Of a stretch of DNA of 64,000 nucleotides, positions 8,969-18,987 are shown one piece after another. The DNA comes from a virus. The stretch is taken from the IMG/VR virus record IMGVR_UViG_3300010162_000011. One strand, written 5' to 3'. Within the stretch, counting starts at the first letter, position 1; the number at the start of each line of letters is the position of its first letter. The position numbers were made by a program, and so were the translations under genes. The notes below the pieces were generated by a model. That model was not told the DNA's origin, made no database searches, and saw nothing but the letters and a program-made list of their open reading frames with translations.

Positions 8969-9052
8969 ATTTGTTTACATATCTTTATTTGTTATTAATT
9001 TTTATTAGAAATAGGGGTAGTGTTACCTACCCCCGTACTCATTTGAGTATTA

Positions 9053-9340
9053 CTACTCCGCAAACGTTCTCAAAAACGTATCAATAATTCCCGATTCTGC
9101 AATGTGTGTCATCGCATCGTCATACGCACCACTTTCAACAATATGTTGAACCATTTCAGAAGCGATATACTTCATCAATTCTGGGTTTAAATATTCTACC
9201 CTACCCAAATTTGTTTCCTTGTCCGTATCTGACAACCAATCGTTATCAACCAACCAATCAATAACATCGTGTTGGTTTATTGTAATAACAGGATGTTCCG
9301 TTACTCTGGGTCTAACATTACTTATTTTCTTTGCTGCCAT
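9053..9340 (-). CDS. hypothetical protein
   Basis: ORF track. Confidence 0.75.
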   Translation of the reverse strand: MAAKKISNVRPRVTEHPVITINQHDVIDWLVDNDWLSDTDKETNLGRVEYLNPELMKYIASEMVQHIVESGAYDDAMTHIAESGIIDTFLRTFAE

Positions 9341-9346
9341 CGTATT

Positions 9347-9580
9347 TTATATTATTCCGTTTTCAACACAATCGTTTTCAATAAACGCAATTTCTTTTTC
9401 ATTGTACTCAGCGGCATCATCGTCATCTTCTTCTAAAAAAGACGCACCCGATACACTGTGCAAACATTTTTGGTCTACTGCATCCCATACTTCAACGCCA
9501 AACTCATCGGCATCACCTGCATTAAAATACTCACGCAATACGTAACTATTACCGTCCGAAAATTCTACTTTAAATTCCAT
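9347..9580 (-). CDS. small very acidic protein
   Basis: EEDDDDAAE tract; behind motif A 9614. Confidence 0.75.
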   Translation of the reverse strand: MEFKVEFSDGNSYVLREYFNAGDADEFGVEVWDAVDQKCLHSVSGASFLEEDDDDAAEYNEKEIAFIENDCVENGII

Positions 9581-9641
9581 TTCTTTATTTTTTTATTTGT
9601 TTTTACTATGCTTTTAATATAATTTCAATAATATTTTATGA

Positions 9642-9992
9642 TCAAATTAAATTCCTTTCATATCTATTATTAAAAATAAGTTTTGTTCTAGCTGTACCCA
9701 CAGTAAAATCCGTACAATACAATCCGATAGGATTAAGTATTTTCTTTGCATCGTTACAACATGAAGTACAATCATCAACCGATAACGTACCCGCTAACAT
9801 TATTACCAAATTGATTTTACCAAACCCTTCATCTTCAAGTCTTACAACGGGTTTACCACCTGCTTTGTTTTGAATCAAATGACCACGGCCAAGACTTTTT
9901 ATATCAGTTCCCTGACCACCATCATACTTGTCAATATCGAGATGAGGTATTATTAATTCTATTCCTTTAATAATTAATTCTTTTGTTGTCAT
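9642..9992 (-). CDS. hypothetical protein
   Basis: Behind motif A 10013. Confidence 0.75.
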   Translation of the reverse strand: MTTKELIIKGIELIIPHLDIDKYDGGQGTDIKSLGRGHLIQNKAGGKPVVRLEDEGFGKINLVIMLAGTLSVDDCTSCCNDAKKILNPIGLYCTDFTVGTARTKLIFNNRYERNLI

Positions 9993-10042
9993 TTTTTTAT
10001 TTTTTTATAGTCTTAATATAATTCAAAAAATATTTTCTGAAC

Positions 10043-10318
10043 CTATCCTAAAACTTTAAACCCACGTGCTTTTTCAATCGCTTTACTACAATGTAGTGTG
10101 TTACCATCAATCGGTTCATGCAACCCCAAAAAATCGCCGATACTTTCATATACTTTAATACTACCGTATCTACACGCTATTCTAGCTGCATTATTCAAAC
10201 CTTTTTTGAAAGGTCTTACATTATGTAATTCATTTGTGAAAAAAGCATACTCGTTACCATCACCGTAACCATTGCCCTGCCCGTATGCTACTATAACCTT
10301 AATTTCCTTTTTGTCCAT
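10043..10318 (-). CDS. hypothetical protein
   Basis: Behind motif A 10355. Confidence 0.75.
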   Translation of the reverse strand: MDKKEIKVIVAYGQGNGYGDGNEYAFFTNELHNVRPFKKGLNNAARIACRYGSIKVYESIGDFLGLHEPIDGNTLHCSKAIEKARGFKVLG

Positions 10319-10387
10319 TTTTTTATTTTTTTTAATCTTATTTTTAATATACTTTTAATATAATTTGAATAGTATTTTCTGATCCGA

Positions 10388-10615
10388 CTACCCCTTTTTT
10401 TCTTTGTCTTCTAACATTCTTTTGATATCGCTAAGATCCAATCTTATAACCATAAGTATAAAATAAACAATACCTATATTTAAAGATAGTGCCATAAAAG
10501 CAATGGAACTAGTTAGGGTAATAACTCCACCAGGATTAAAATAAAAGGATATATTACGCATTGTAAATAATCCTAAAAGTATTGATATAACCAAAGTCCA
10601 TAAATATTTTTTCAT
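10388..10615 (-). CDS. 2-TM membrane protein
   Basis: Two hydrophobic segments. Confidence 0.7.
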   Translation of the reverse strand: MKKYLWTLVISILLGLFTMRNISFYFNPGGVITLTSSIAFMALSLNIGIVYFILMVIRLDLSDIKRMLEDKEKKG

Positions 10616-10637
10616 TTTCTTTATGTTTTATTAAGTG

Positions 10638-10673
10638 AAAAAAACGTTGGTAATTCATTACTACCAACGTTTT
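10638..10673 (-). terminator. intrinsic terminator
   Basis: AAACGTTGGTA/TACCAACGTTT stem with T-run. Confidence 0.7.
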
Positions 10674-10684
10674 TAATATTCATT

Positions 10685-11065
10685 TTACAATTTTACAAAT
10701 CTTTTCAATTTTTGTTTCGACAATTCTTTAATTTCATCAAAACTCGGTTCCGTTTCCGATACTATATAATTGTACCATGCGGATAAATCCTTCAATTCGT
10801 CTCTCATTTCACGATACGTATCAGTATCCATTTCCATCAAGTGCCATTTGTCCCACTTTTGATAGAATTTTTGTGCTGCGGGATAATTTTCTAACAAATC
10901 TACCTGACATTGACCACAACGCCAATAATCACGTTTACTTCTTATAAAACTTGCACCAGCCGTCGCAAAATGTTGTGTTACGTTACGCTCTAATCTGTAA
11001 TACCTGACTTCAAAAATATCAGTTTTTGAAAGCTGAAATATTGCATGAAATTCCTTTTTGTCCAT
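10685..11065 (-). CDS. conserved phage hypothetical protein
   Basis: RCGQCQ...WDKWHL; behind motif A 11110. Confidence 0.8.
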   Translation of the reverse strand: MDKKEFHAIFQLSKTDIFEVRYYRLERNVTQHFATAGASFIRSKRDYWRCGQCQVDLLENYPAAQKFYQKWDKWHLMEMDTDTYREMRDELKDLSAWYNYIVSETEPSFDEIKELSKQKLKRFVKL

Positions 11066-11139
11066 TGTCTTATTTTTTAATCTGTTTTTACTTGTTTTTT
11101 AATATGCTCTTAATATAATTTGAATAGTATTTTCTGAAC

Positions 11140-11718
11140 CTAATAATCATATCTTATTTCGGTTCTACCAAATGTTTCTACAATCAAAATTTGAATGTAA
11201 GGTATTTCAGTTTTTTTACGTATAACTTCTGTTAATTCGTCAATGGTTCTACCAGCCTTACCAATCAAACGACCAGGTTTTTGCAAATAAACTGTAATTT
11301 CGCCTTTTACAACATCGCTTTTAATCAAATTGATATTCAATGGTAAATCATATACATTACAAAACACTTTTTCTTTATATATTCCACTTTCTTCATTTGT
11401 GAAATAATCAAAGATAATTTGCCCCGCAAAGCGACTAAAATCTCTATTGATATTTCTAATTTCATTATTATCTACGTCGTCATTGAGACTACATTGAAGT
11501 CTTTTATTTTTATCAAATTGTTCGATATGTTTTTCTAATAACAAATGAAACAAATAATACTCACAACTCGATAACGACTTATCAGCATACATTTTATCAA
11601 TCCAACTTGAAATTGTATCAAATTGTGTTGTAACTTCAACCGAAAATATCGTATCAATAACCTTTTTGATAACGCTTTTACGTTGATCTTCTACTTCTAA
11701 CTTCTCAATATTATTCAT
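11140..11718 (-). CDS. protein with C-terminal ribosomal-protein-S3-like KH domain
   Basis: ITVYLQKPGRLIGKAGRTIDEL...IQILIVE matches the type-II KH GxxG motif of uS3; start moved to MNNIEK behind motif A 11749. Confidence 0.75.
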   Translation of the reverse strand: MNNIEKLEVEDQRKSVIKKVIDTIFSVEVTTQFDTISSWIDKMYADKSLSSCEYYLFHLLLEKHIEQFDKNKRLQCSLNDDVDNNEIRNINRDFSRFAGQIIFDYFTNEESGIYKEKVFCNVYDLPLNINLIKSDVVKGEITVYLQKPGRLIGKAGRTIDELTEVIRKKTEIPYIQILIVETFGRTEIRYDY

Positions 11719-11844
11719 ATTCGTTTTCCTTGTTTTTAAATTATAGTATAAATATACTTTTAATAATATTATCTGATCTGTAATACTCATTTGAGTATAT
11801 TAATATGGTGCGGCAGTAATTTGTACTACCGCACCACAAATTAT

Positions 11845-12492
11845 TCATTTTTCTAATTTGTACCAGAATTCGATACCACCATACAAAGGTTCGACAACTT
11901 CTCTATCAAAATCATATTCGTCAATACCGTCAATAGCACCGTTTGCAATTTCAGTAGCAACCCATGCAGCGAGAAAAGCATTAATCGCTTGATGTTCGCT
12001 ACGTGCTAATTCTACTTTCAAATCATTTGTGTTATTCGGGGTACAACTTGAAAAACCAGGATAACTTGAAAAATTGTCTTTTAAAAACTCCACAAAAGTA
12101 TCGTTTTCAACCAAATCGTCAATTTTACAATACGCCCAATTTTCAAAATCAGCACTAAATACATCGGTATCATATTCTAAAGAGAATAAAACTCTGTCAC
12201 CGTAATAATTGTACTGTTTTGGTCTTTCCAATTTTTCATAAATCAATTTTGAAAACCCTAACGGTTTAAAAATCGTTTCAAAAACACAACCTTCAAAAAA
12301 CTCTCTGAGACGGTCTTCAACTTCAATAAAATAACCGTCGCTATCAAAATCGTATTCGGCATCATCATCGTCATCTTCTAAAATAGAAGAGTCAAAATCC
12401 CAAGGTTCCAAACGACCATTGTACGTACAAATAGCTCCGTACAAAAGTTCCTTACCGAAAAAATCATTACTTAATTCAATTCTATTTACCAT
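11845..12492 (-). CDS. very acidic hypothetical protein
   Basis: D/E-rich throughout; PKQYNYYGDR and SYPGFSS segments. Confidence 0.8.
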   Translation of the reverse strand: MVNRIELSNDFFGKELLYGAICTYNGRLEPWDFDSSILEDDDDDAEYDFDSDGYFIEVEDRLREFFEGCVFETIFKPLGFSKLIYEKLERPKQYNYYGDRVLFSLEYDTDVFSADFENWAYCKIDDLVENDTFVEFLKDNFSSYPGFSSCTPNNTNDLKVELARSEHQAINAFLAAWVATEIANGAIDGIDEYDFDREVVEPLYGGIEFWYKLEK

Positions 12493-12558
12493 TGTCTTAT
12501 TATTTTATGTTTGTTTTTAATTATAGTCTTAATATAATTTCAATAGAATATTCTGAAC

Positions 12559-12753
12559 CTAATACGCAATTTCATGATAAATATCTGGTTGCGAACTTAC
12601 ATTATAAATGTACTGCCCCTGACGTACCAACAAAGCATTTAGACCGTAATACTTCGCTTTCATACCTTTTACCGACCCCGTATAATGAAAATTCCCAAAA
12701 TCCATTTCATGAAGCTGGTAACTGCTTTTTGTGCTTAATCTTTTAACTCTCAT
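12559..12753 (-). CDS. conserved small phage protein
   Basis: TGSVKGMK..YYG..ALLVR.G.YIYNV. Confidence 0.75.
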   Translation of the reverse strand: MRVKRLSTKSSYQLHEMDFGNFHYTGSVKGMKAKYYGLNALLVRQGQYIYNVSSQPDIYHEIAY

Positions 12754-12771
12754 TTTTTATATTTTTTTATT

Positions 12772-13032
12772 TTAAATAATCACTGAATTATGACCATAAG
12801 ACAACCCCGTTATCGCTTCGTATCGCCTCATGTATATTCGCATCCGTTTGCGAACATTTTTTATTTGTTCGTCGCAATAGTTACCGTATGTACTGTAACC
12901 CGCGTTAACGTCCACACCACACTGTAACCTTGATAATTTATCACTTAATAGAAATATGTTTTTAACAATTTTCCCCAATTCAAAACCAATTTCTTCTGGG
13001 GACATTTCCATCACGCTTTTTATACTTTTCAT
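12772..13032 (-). CDS. hypothetical protein
   Basis: Behind motif A 13054. Confidence 0.75.
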   Translation of the reverse strand: MKSIKSVMEMSPEEIGFELGKIVKNIFLLSDKLSRLQCGVDVNAGYSTYGNYCDEQIKNVRKRMRIYMRRYEAITGLSYGHNSVII

Positions 13033-13147
13033 TTTCTTTTTTTTATTATACTATTAATATAATTTGAATAGTATTATCTGATCACATTTGGATTTTAACA
13101 TATTTTAACATTTATTTGAAAAAGGGGAGTATCACACCCCAAATTCA

Positions 13148-13396
13148 TTACGGTCTCCATCCTCTTTTTTCAACACTGTTTATGTACTTTGTTAAAGACT
13201 TTTTTTCATCCGAAGTAAGACTGTGTAATAACGTATAAAAACCGTATATACCTAATTTTGGTAACTGCAAACATCTATCCGCTAAAACTGGGTCATCTTT
13301 ACCAAAAATTTCCTGCATATAATTTTCAGGTAACTGACTCGCAAACCGCCAAAACAATTCCGTCGTTTCCGACATAATATCAAAGGTACTTTTCAT
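13148..13396 (-). CDS. hypothetical protein
   Basis: ORF track. Confidence 0.7.
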   Translation of the reverse strand: MKSTFDIMSETTELFWRFASQLPENYMQEIFGKDDPVLADRCLQLPKLGIYGFYTLLHSLTSDEKKSLTKYINSVEKRGWRP

Positions 13397-13400
13397 TTTA

Positions 13401-13583
13401 TTATAAAATTATTTGTCTGTTAAACCTTAAACATTTACTATCTTCAGTTATGATAAAATATTCAATGTTTCTATTTTTTTCTGCTAAATTCCAACCATAT
13501 TTCATAGCATCATCAAACATTCCCAAAGAAAAAGATTTTACTTTCCTCTGACTTTTTTTTGTTTTACGATATATTGTATTCAT
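13401..13583 (-). CDS. small basic protein
   Basis: Behind motif A 13608. Confidence 0.7.
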   Translation of the reverse strand: MNTIYRKTKKSQRKVKSFSLGMFDDAMKYGWNLAEKNRNIEYFIITEDSKCLRFNRQIIL

Positions 13584-13639
13584 TTTTAATATTTTTTTAT
13601 TATAGTATTAATATAATTTTAATAGTATTTTCTGAACCG

Positions 13640-13673
13640 AAAAAAACGGGTTGCCCTTGATAACAACCCGTTT
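13640..13673 (-). terminator. intrinsic terminator
   Basis: AAACGGGTTG/CAACCCGTTT stem with T-run. Confidence 0.7.
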
Positions 13674-13683
13674 CTTTTATGTT

Positions 13684-14286
13684 TTAAGACGCTATACAAT
13701 ATTCGCCACTAACTTTTTTACCGTTTTCATGAAAAAGAATATCATTGTCATTGCAAAAATAAGATGCATCCTCATCGGTTATTTCATAAAAATAATCATA
13801 ACCTATCCCTTTCCATTCATTACAAAATTCAAAATACCATTTTTCAATGTTTTCGACAATTTTGTCAATAACTACATATTGTTTATCACTTGCGTTATAA
13901 GAATCCGAGTCTATTGTTACTGACCGTTCATGATAATATCTACCATGATGTGTAAATGTAATTCCAGAAAGAACCGACCTCAAACCCTCTTTTTGTTTCC
14001 AATGTATTCCCTTGAAAGCAATTTTTGAAAATTTTTCATTGTCAAACAATTCATTGTCGTAAATGTTACCATAAAGACACAAACCATCACCCTGACAATA
14101 ACTTAAAGAATAATAGGTTTTCAAATTATTCAAACCATACTCACATTCTAAAAAATCAATAAGATCTCCCGAAAAAATCATAGGATCCCTATCAATTTCA
14201 AGAATCTTTCCCTTTGCCACTTCTTTAGCATCACTACTCAATTCGTCGAAAGTGTACGCTACAATTTTATGTTCTAAATTAATCAT
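13684..14286 (-). CDS. YTFDELS...SxxQGDG family protein (often labelled antitoxin of toxin-antitoxin stability system)
   Basis: YTFDELSSDAKEVA, YYSLSYCQGDGLC, C-terminal NDILFHENG. Confidence 0.6.
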   Translation of the reverse strand: MINLEHKIVAYTFDELSSDAKEVAKGKILEIDRDPMIFSGDLIDFLECEYGLNNLKTYYSLSYCQGDGLCLYGNIYDNELFDNEKFSKIAFKGIHWKQKEGLRSVLSGITFTHHGRYYHERSVTIDSDSYNASDKQYVVIDKIVENIEKWYFEFCNEWKGIGYDYFYEITDEDASYFCNDNDILFHENGKKVSGEYCIAS

Positions 14287-14362
14287 CTCTTTTATTTTTT
14301 TTATTGTTATTTTTTGTTTTTACTATGCTCTTAATATAATTTCAATAATATTTTCTGATCGC

Positions 14363-14650
14363 TCAAATTTTGTGAGAAACATAATCAAAACCGTATGTAT
14401 GGTTCCATTCTCTTATTCTATGTACCGTACAATAATATTCGGCATCCTCTAAAGTGTGTGTTTCATTACGTAAAAATTCATTTGCCATTTTTTGAATACC
14501 AAAATAAGAGTATTTTGATAAACAACATTTTTTATATTTATTTTCACTACCACAAAGACAAATATCGTTTCTACCTATTTTTCGATACGTTTTGTTGTAT
14601 TCTAAAGCAGCATGAAATATATCTTCAAATGTATATCCGTATGTCTCCAT
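14363..14650 (-). CDS. SEC-C metal-binding motif protein
   Basis: KIGRNDICLCGSENKYKKCC. Confidence 0.8.
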   Translation of the reverse strand: METYGYTFEDIFHAALEYNKTYRKIGRNDICLCGSENKYKKCCLSKYSYFGIQKMANEFLRNETHTLEDAEYYCTVHRIREWNHTYGFDYVSHKI

Positions 14651-14654
14651 AATA

Positions 14655-14846
14655 TTATCCGCTTGTACTCATTTGAGTATTATTATACCTATTAAGACAC
14701 TTTTTTATAACCTTTTTCATAAGGCTAGACGGTTTTCGTTGTTTCGATAATAAATCGTAACACAACCGACAAACAATTTCACCATTAATTCTGTGTGGTG
14801 AAAAACCACCACCAGCAATTCTACCGCATTTTGTACAAAGTCTCAT
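14655..14846 (-). CDS. small zinc-finger protein
   Basis: CTKC...CRLC; motif B lies within its 3' end. Confidence 0.6.
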   Translation of the reverse strand: MRLCTKCGRIAGGGFSPHRINGEIVCRLCYDLLSKQRKPSSLMKKVIKKCLNRYNNTQMSTSG

Positions 14847-14860
14847 TTTTTATCTTTTTA

Positions 14861-15241
14861 TTAATTTGTCAATTCTTTTTTTAAATCAGAAAGACGATTT
14901 AAAAAATCATCCGTATTAGGACTTTGATAAAATACAAACTGCTCCAAAACTGTATTGACAAATACTTTTATTGTTACAACTTGTTTACGTACCGCCGTCT
15001 TATTGAAAATTACAATCATTCTTTGCTGTGGGATGTATTTCCCTTTTACCTTTGAAACACAAACACCATTTACAATCCGAGAATCCTGCGGAACATTACA
15101 AACCCGCAATTCAACAACTTTCAACTTGAAACATTTGCACAATTCAGTACAAAATTCATTCGCAAACGCTTGTCGCTCTTTTACCTTATCACTACATAAC
15201 AATAAACTGCTATATAATTCCTTCGCCTTCTCTGAAACCAT
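14861..15241 (-). CDS. hypothetical protein
   Basis: Behind motif A 15264. Confidence 0.75.
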   Translation of the reverse strand: MVSEKAKELYSSLLLCSDKVKERQAFANEFCTELCKCFKLKVVELRVCNVPQDSRIVNGVCVSKVKGKYIPQQRMIVIFNKTAVRKQVVTIKVFVNTVLEQFVFYQSPNTDDFLNRLSDLKKELTN

Positions 15242-15347
15242 AATATTTTTTTTTATTATAGTCTTAATATAATTTGAATAATATTTTCTGAACCAAATAA
15301 AAAAATCCGTTGCTATATTACTATAACAACGGAATATTTTTTATCAA

Positions 15348-15824
15348 TTAATCATTTTCAACGTCATCAATTCGAGGATCCGGACGGTGACAATACGCAC
15401 AACTACTTGTCCAACCTTCGCCTTCTGCACCGCAAAGAGGACAATCGCCATCACTGTAATCTTCAAAATACAATTCATTCAAAGATTCATAAAAACTGTT
15501 TGCAGCATCCTCAATTTCATCAACACTATCTACAATCGAAAAAACGTCGGTTTCAGTGTGCAATGTATAACCAATTTCATTATTTTCCTGAAAAAATAAA
15601 ACCAGGTAAATTCTATTACCACTTTGAACGGCAAAATAACCATCCCAATCACCCGACGAACTCGTCGTATTCGCCAATTCAACTTTAATAACACCAGGTA
15701 ACGTTTCTAACCAACGGCTAGGAGCAAACCAACCAGTCCCAGCATTATCTTTAATCAATTCAAACGGCTGAGAACCATCCGTAAAATCTACTTTTAAACC
15801 TAAATACAATTCCTTGTTTTCCAT
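15348..15824 (-). CDS. paralogue family P3 protein with C-terminal CxxC zinc ribbon
   Basis: W..P..WL, TTSS.GDW.GY shared with 25399-25722; CPLC...CAYC tail. Confidence 0.8.
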   Translation of the reverse strand: MENKELYLGLKVDFTDGSQPFELIKDNAGTGWFAPSRWLETLPGVIKVELANTTSSSGDWDGYFAVQSGNRIYLVLFFQENNEIGYTLHTETDVFSIVDSVDEIEDAANSFYESLNELYFEDYSDGDCPLCGAEGEGWTSSCAYCHRPDPRIDDVEND

Positions 15825-15896
15825 TTTATATTTTTTTAATTTGTTTTTAATATACTCTTAATATAATTTTAATAATATTTTCTGATCCAAATAACA

Positions 15897-16331
15897 TTAC
15901 CCGTAAAGAAAACCATTACTGTATTTTTCACGAATGAATGAATAATCAGTCATAATGTAGTCCCAAAAACCATCTGACCAATCTTTTGTATTCATATACT
16001 TGAAAACACCATTTGAAACTAATTGACTAATACAATCTAAAAATTTCCTTGCGATACCTTGACCACGAGAACCACTATCAATATGAATACTATCTAAATA
16101 AACAAATGGTTCAATCGCATCTGAATCTGAAAAACGGTCCTGTACGGTCATTGTGGCATAACTACCACCCCCAAAGTCCATTTTAATAACAAATAACCGT
16201 AAATAATCATATTCCTGAATATCACTAATTATTTCAATAGGCAAAGGGAACGCAACCTTAAAATGATTGATAATAGCGTTTTTAATACCCTCACATTGTC
16301 CCCAAACTTTATCACTTTGTATATTTTTCAT
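15897..16331 (-). CDS. GNAT-family acetyltransferase
   Basis: YLDSIHIDSGSRGQGIARKFLD acetyl-CoA-binding motif; later GFW. Confidence 0.7.
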   Translation of the reverse strand: MKNIQSDKVWGQCEGIKNAIINHFKVAFPLPIEIISDIQEYDYLRLFVIKMDFGGGSYATMTVQDRFSDSDAIEPFVYLDSIHIDSGSRGQGIARKFLDCISQLVSNGVFKYMNTKDWSDGFWDYIMTDYSFIREKYSNGFLYG

Positions 16332-16344
16332 TTCCTTTTATGTA

Positions 16345-16647
16345 TTAAAACCATTTGTAACCAACACAAACACCATCAACATAGCAACCAAAAACCGTTT
16401 TATCTACATCTTCTAAAGATTCATTCGTAAAATCCAAATAAAGACTTTTTTGATAGTACGTCAAATCATCATCAAACGTGTTTATAAAACGCTCACAATT
16501 CTCATAATGAAAACGTGTTTTATCATTCAAAGAATCAATAGAATCCTTACCCTTGACCGAAATAGCGTATCGCTTATATTTCGCAACCTGACCACGTATG
16601 TAACCTTTTATTTTCCTATCTACTATTTTATTTACTTGACAATCCAT
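16345..16647 (-). CDS. hypothetical protein
   Basis: Behind motif A 16675. Confidence 0.75.
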   Translation of the reverse strand: MDCQVNKIVDRKIKGYIRGQVAKYKRYAISVKGKDSIDSLNDKTRFHYENCERFINTFDDDLTYYQKSLYLDFTNESLEDVDKTVFGCYVDGVCVGYKWF

Positions 16648-16871
16648 TTCTTTAATATTTTTTTTATTATACTCTTAATATAATTTTAATAATATTTTCT
16701 GATCCATATCACACAACACCACACAGTACTCATTTGAGTATATACATAAAAACCGCCGCCGACATCAAATATAGAATTAATCGGCAGCGGACACAATCGC
16801 CAACATCAATGATAGAATTAATTGACGATAATTACAAACATATCAAAAAATATACAATAGGAAAAAAACTC

Positions 16872-17360
16872 TTATTCATCGGACTCATCTTCCTCACGAT
16901 AATATTCATCATCGGGATCCTCATCTTCCCAACTATCAATATTATCATCCTCACACAGCGTATCAATACGCTCAATCAAATTACCACCAACTCTGAAATA
17001 CAAAATACCGTTATCATCTTCAATTTCTAAAGACGGTAAATTATTCTCAAACTCGGAAACTTCAATGGTGAACACGTTACCTAAATAAAGACCACTTTGA
17101 TCAGTAACTTTATCTAACCAAACCATGCCCAAAGTACCACTATCTACTGGATAACTACCATCGCCATCAACAACGAAACTACGACTATATTCTTTGTCAC
17201 CATAATAACAACCATCGCCATGACGGGTACCATTCAAAACCATACCATCATCAATACAATGGTCATAATTGTTACTTAAACTCATCTTATCACATAAACG
17301 CTTCCAACAATCGCCACGTAATACGTAACACAAATCGCCTACATACAATTCCTTTTTCAT
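16872..17360 (-). CDS. conserved phage protein with acidic tail
   Basis: YVGDLCYVL...T.HGDG.Y...PVDSGTLG; start moved to MKKELY. Confidence 0.8.
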   Translation of the reverse strand: MKKELYVGDLCYVLRGDCWKRLCDKMSLSNNYDHCIDDGMVLNGTRHGDGCYYGDKEYSRSFVVDGDGSYPVDSGTLGMVWLDKVTDQSGLYLGNVFTIEVSEFENNLPSLEIEDDNGILYFRVGGNLIERIDTLCEDDNIDSWEDEDPDDEYYREEDESDE

Positions 17361-17433
17361 GTTTTTCTTATTTTTATTATTGTTATTCAAAAATTATATT
17401 CTAAATATACTCTAAATAATATTATCTGATCAA

Positions 17434-17649
17434 TTAAAATATCCCCTCTAAAAACAAAAGAATATTTGAATTATCAATTATCCAAGTAATAACTTCAAAA
17501 AGATCATCTTCATCTGTTATATTATCACACCTGAAAATATTAGGCGCAATACTACCATCAAAATTTTCATACGGATGTTTATTACAAAGTTCCTGAAATT
17601 TTAAATCAGTCATTTCATAAACCGTTTTACCAACACTAAAATATTTCAT
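17434..17649 (-). CDS. hypothetical protein, paralogue family P1
   Basis: MKYF...LC.K.PY.N.DG.I.P.I...WIIDNS. Confidence 0.8.
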   Translation of the reverse strand: MKYFSVGKTVYEMTDLKFQELCNKHPYENFDGSIAPNIFRCDNITDEDDLFEVITWIIDNSNILLFLEGIF

Positions 17650-17724
17650 CTTATTCCTATTTTAATTATTATTCCTTAATATATTAATAATATAATTAAA
17701 AGAATATTATCTGATCCTATCAAA

Positions 17725-17758
17725 GAAAAAAGGGTAACGGAATACGAAACCGTTACCC
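17725..17758 (-). terminator. intrinsic terminator
   Basis: GGGTAACGG/CCGTTACCC stem with T-run. Confidence 0.7.
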
Positions 17759-17772
17759 AACGAAACCAATTT

Positions 17773-18060
17773 TCAAAAAACAACTTTTATAAACTCCCCG
17801 CAATCGGTACGCTCAAAGTCATCGTCAATAGACATCGGAAAACGCTCTGAAACCTCGTTCTCAAACGAAACGTGTACCAAAATGTTGTCGTCAAAACGCT
17901 TGCGCCCTAAAAAATTCATACAAGAGTCAAAACTCCTAAAAACGTTTGTGTGCCTCTCAAAAAGACCACCAACACCACTATAACATTGCGCAACATCTCC
18001 CGCACGAAAAGGACGAACCATTATTTCGTAATAACCAACTTCTACAAATACTTTACCCAT
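17773..18060 (-). CDS. hypothetical protein
   Basis: Behind motif A 18108; start moved to MGKVF. Confidence 0.75.
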   Translation of the reverse strand: MGKVFVEVGYYEIMVRPFRAGDVAQCYSGVGGLFERHTNVFRSFDSCMNFLGRKRFDDNILVHVSFENEVSERFPMSIDDDFERTDCGEFIKVVF

Positions 18061-18149
18061 TTTTTTATTTTTTTTATTGTTTAACAAATTTTTTAATGTT
18101 TATGCTCTTAATATAATTTATACAATTTATTCTGATCCAAATACCAATC

Positions 18150-18485
18150 TTATACAATATTAGATAATATCCTTTCTTTACGCTCTTTTAATTCCCTAAC
18201 CTTATCTTCTATTGTGCTAAAATTAGCACCCCAACCTTCTTTTGTCGTTATATCTTCACTGTTACGAACAACTTCAAAAAACATCCCAACAAAACCATTC
18301 AAAACTGAAATTTTTGCATCAATTTCCATCAACTTAAAAATTTCATTCTCATATTCATTTGTCGTAATACGGGTATAAACATTACCACCGTATCGGGGAC
18401 CAGAAACATAACACTCTTTACCGTTTTGTTCACATTCAACACAAAGAGTCTTAAAATCTAAATCTTTTGTTATTTTGACTTTCAT
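18150..18485 (-). CDS. hypothetical protein
   Basis: Behind motif A 18515. Confidence 0.75.
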   Translation of the reverse strand: MKVKITKDLDFKTLCVECEQNGKECYVSGPRYGGNVYTRITTNEYENEIFKLMEIDAKISVLNGFVGMFFEVVRNSEDITTKEGWGANFSTIEDKVRELKERKERILSNIV

Positions 18486-18549
18486 TTATCTAAATATTGT
18501 TTTTAATTATATCATTAATATAATTCAAAGAATATTTTCTGATCCAAAA

Positions 18550-18987
18550 CTACTCATCCGATAACGCAAAACACCTAACACTACAATAAGTATCATTGAA
18601 AAATGTATCAGAACCTTGTTCCGGAACGTAATCTTTGCCGCATTGCGCACAAACTTTGTACAAATAGGTTTTTTTATCTAAAACCAAATATTCGCACAAT
18701 ACACGATAATACAAATCATACAATCTGTGAAACGTGTCATTCAAACTACCTTTTTCAGTCTCAAATCGCCGATGGTCAATCCATTCAACACCAGAAGCAA
18801 ATTGATACTTCGTCTTAATAACAAAAATAAACAAATCGCTATTAGTGCCTTTAAAACATTCCTCAATAAAAACCCTAATACCAATAGGATTTAAATAACT
18901 ATTTAAACTGCATTGTAACTCATCAGACTTCTTATGTAAAAAATCTAAATCAAATCCTACATTGCAGGGATTAATCACATTTACCAT
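18550..18987 (-). CDS. protein with C-terminal CxxC...YCSxxC zinc finger
   Basis: CAQCGK...YCSVRC; start moved to MVNVIN. Confidence 0.7.
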   Translation of the reverse strand: MVNVINPCNVGFDLDFLHKKSDELQCSLNSYLNPIGIRVFIEECFKGTNSDLFIFVIKTKYQFASGVEWIDHRRFETEKGSLNDTFHRLYDLYYRVLCEYLVLDKKTYLYKVCAQCGKDYVPEQGSDTFFNDTYCSVRCFALSDE

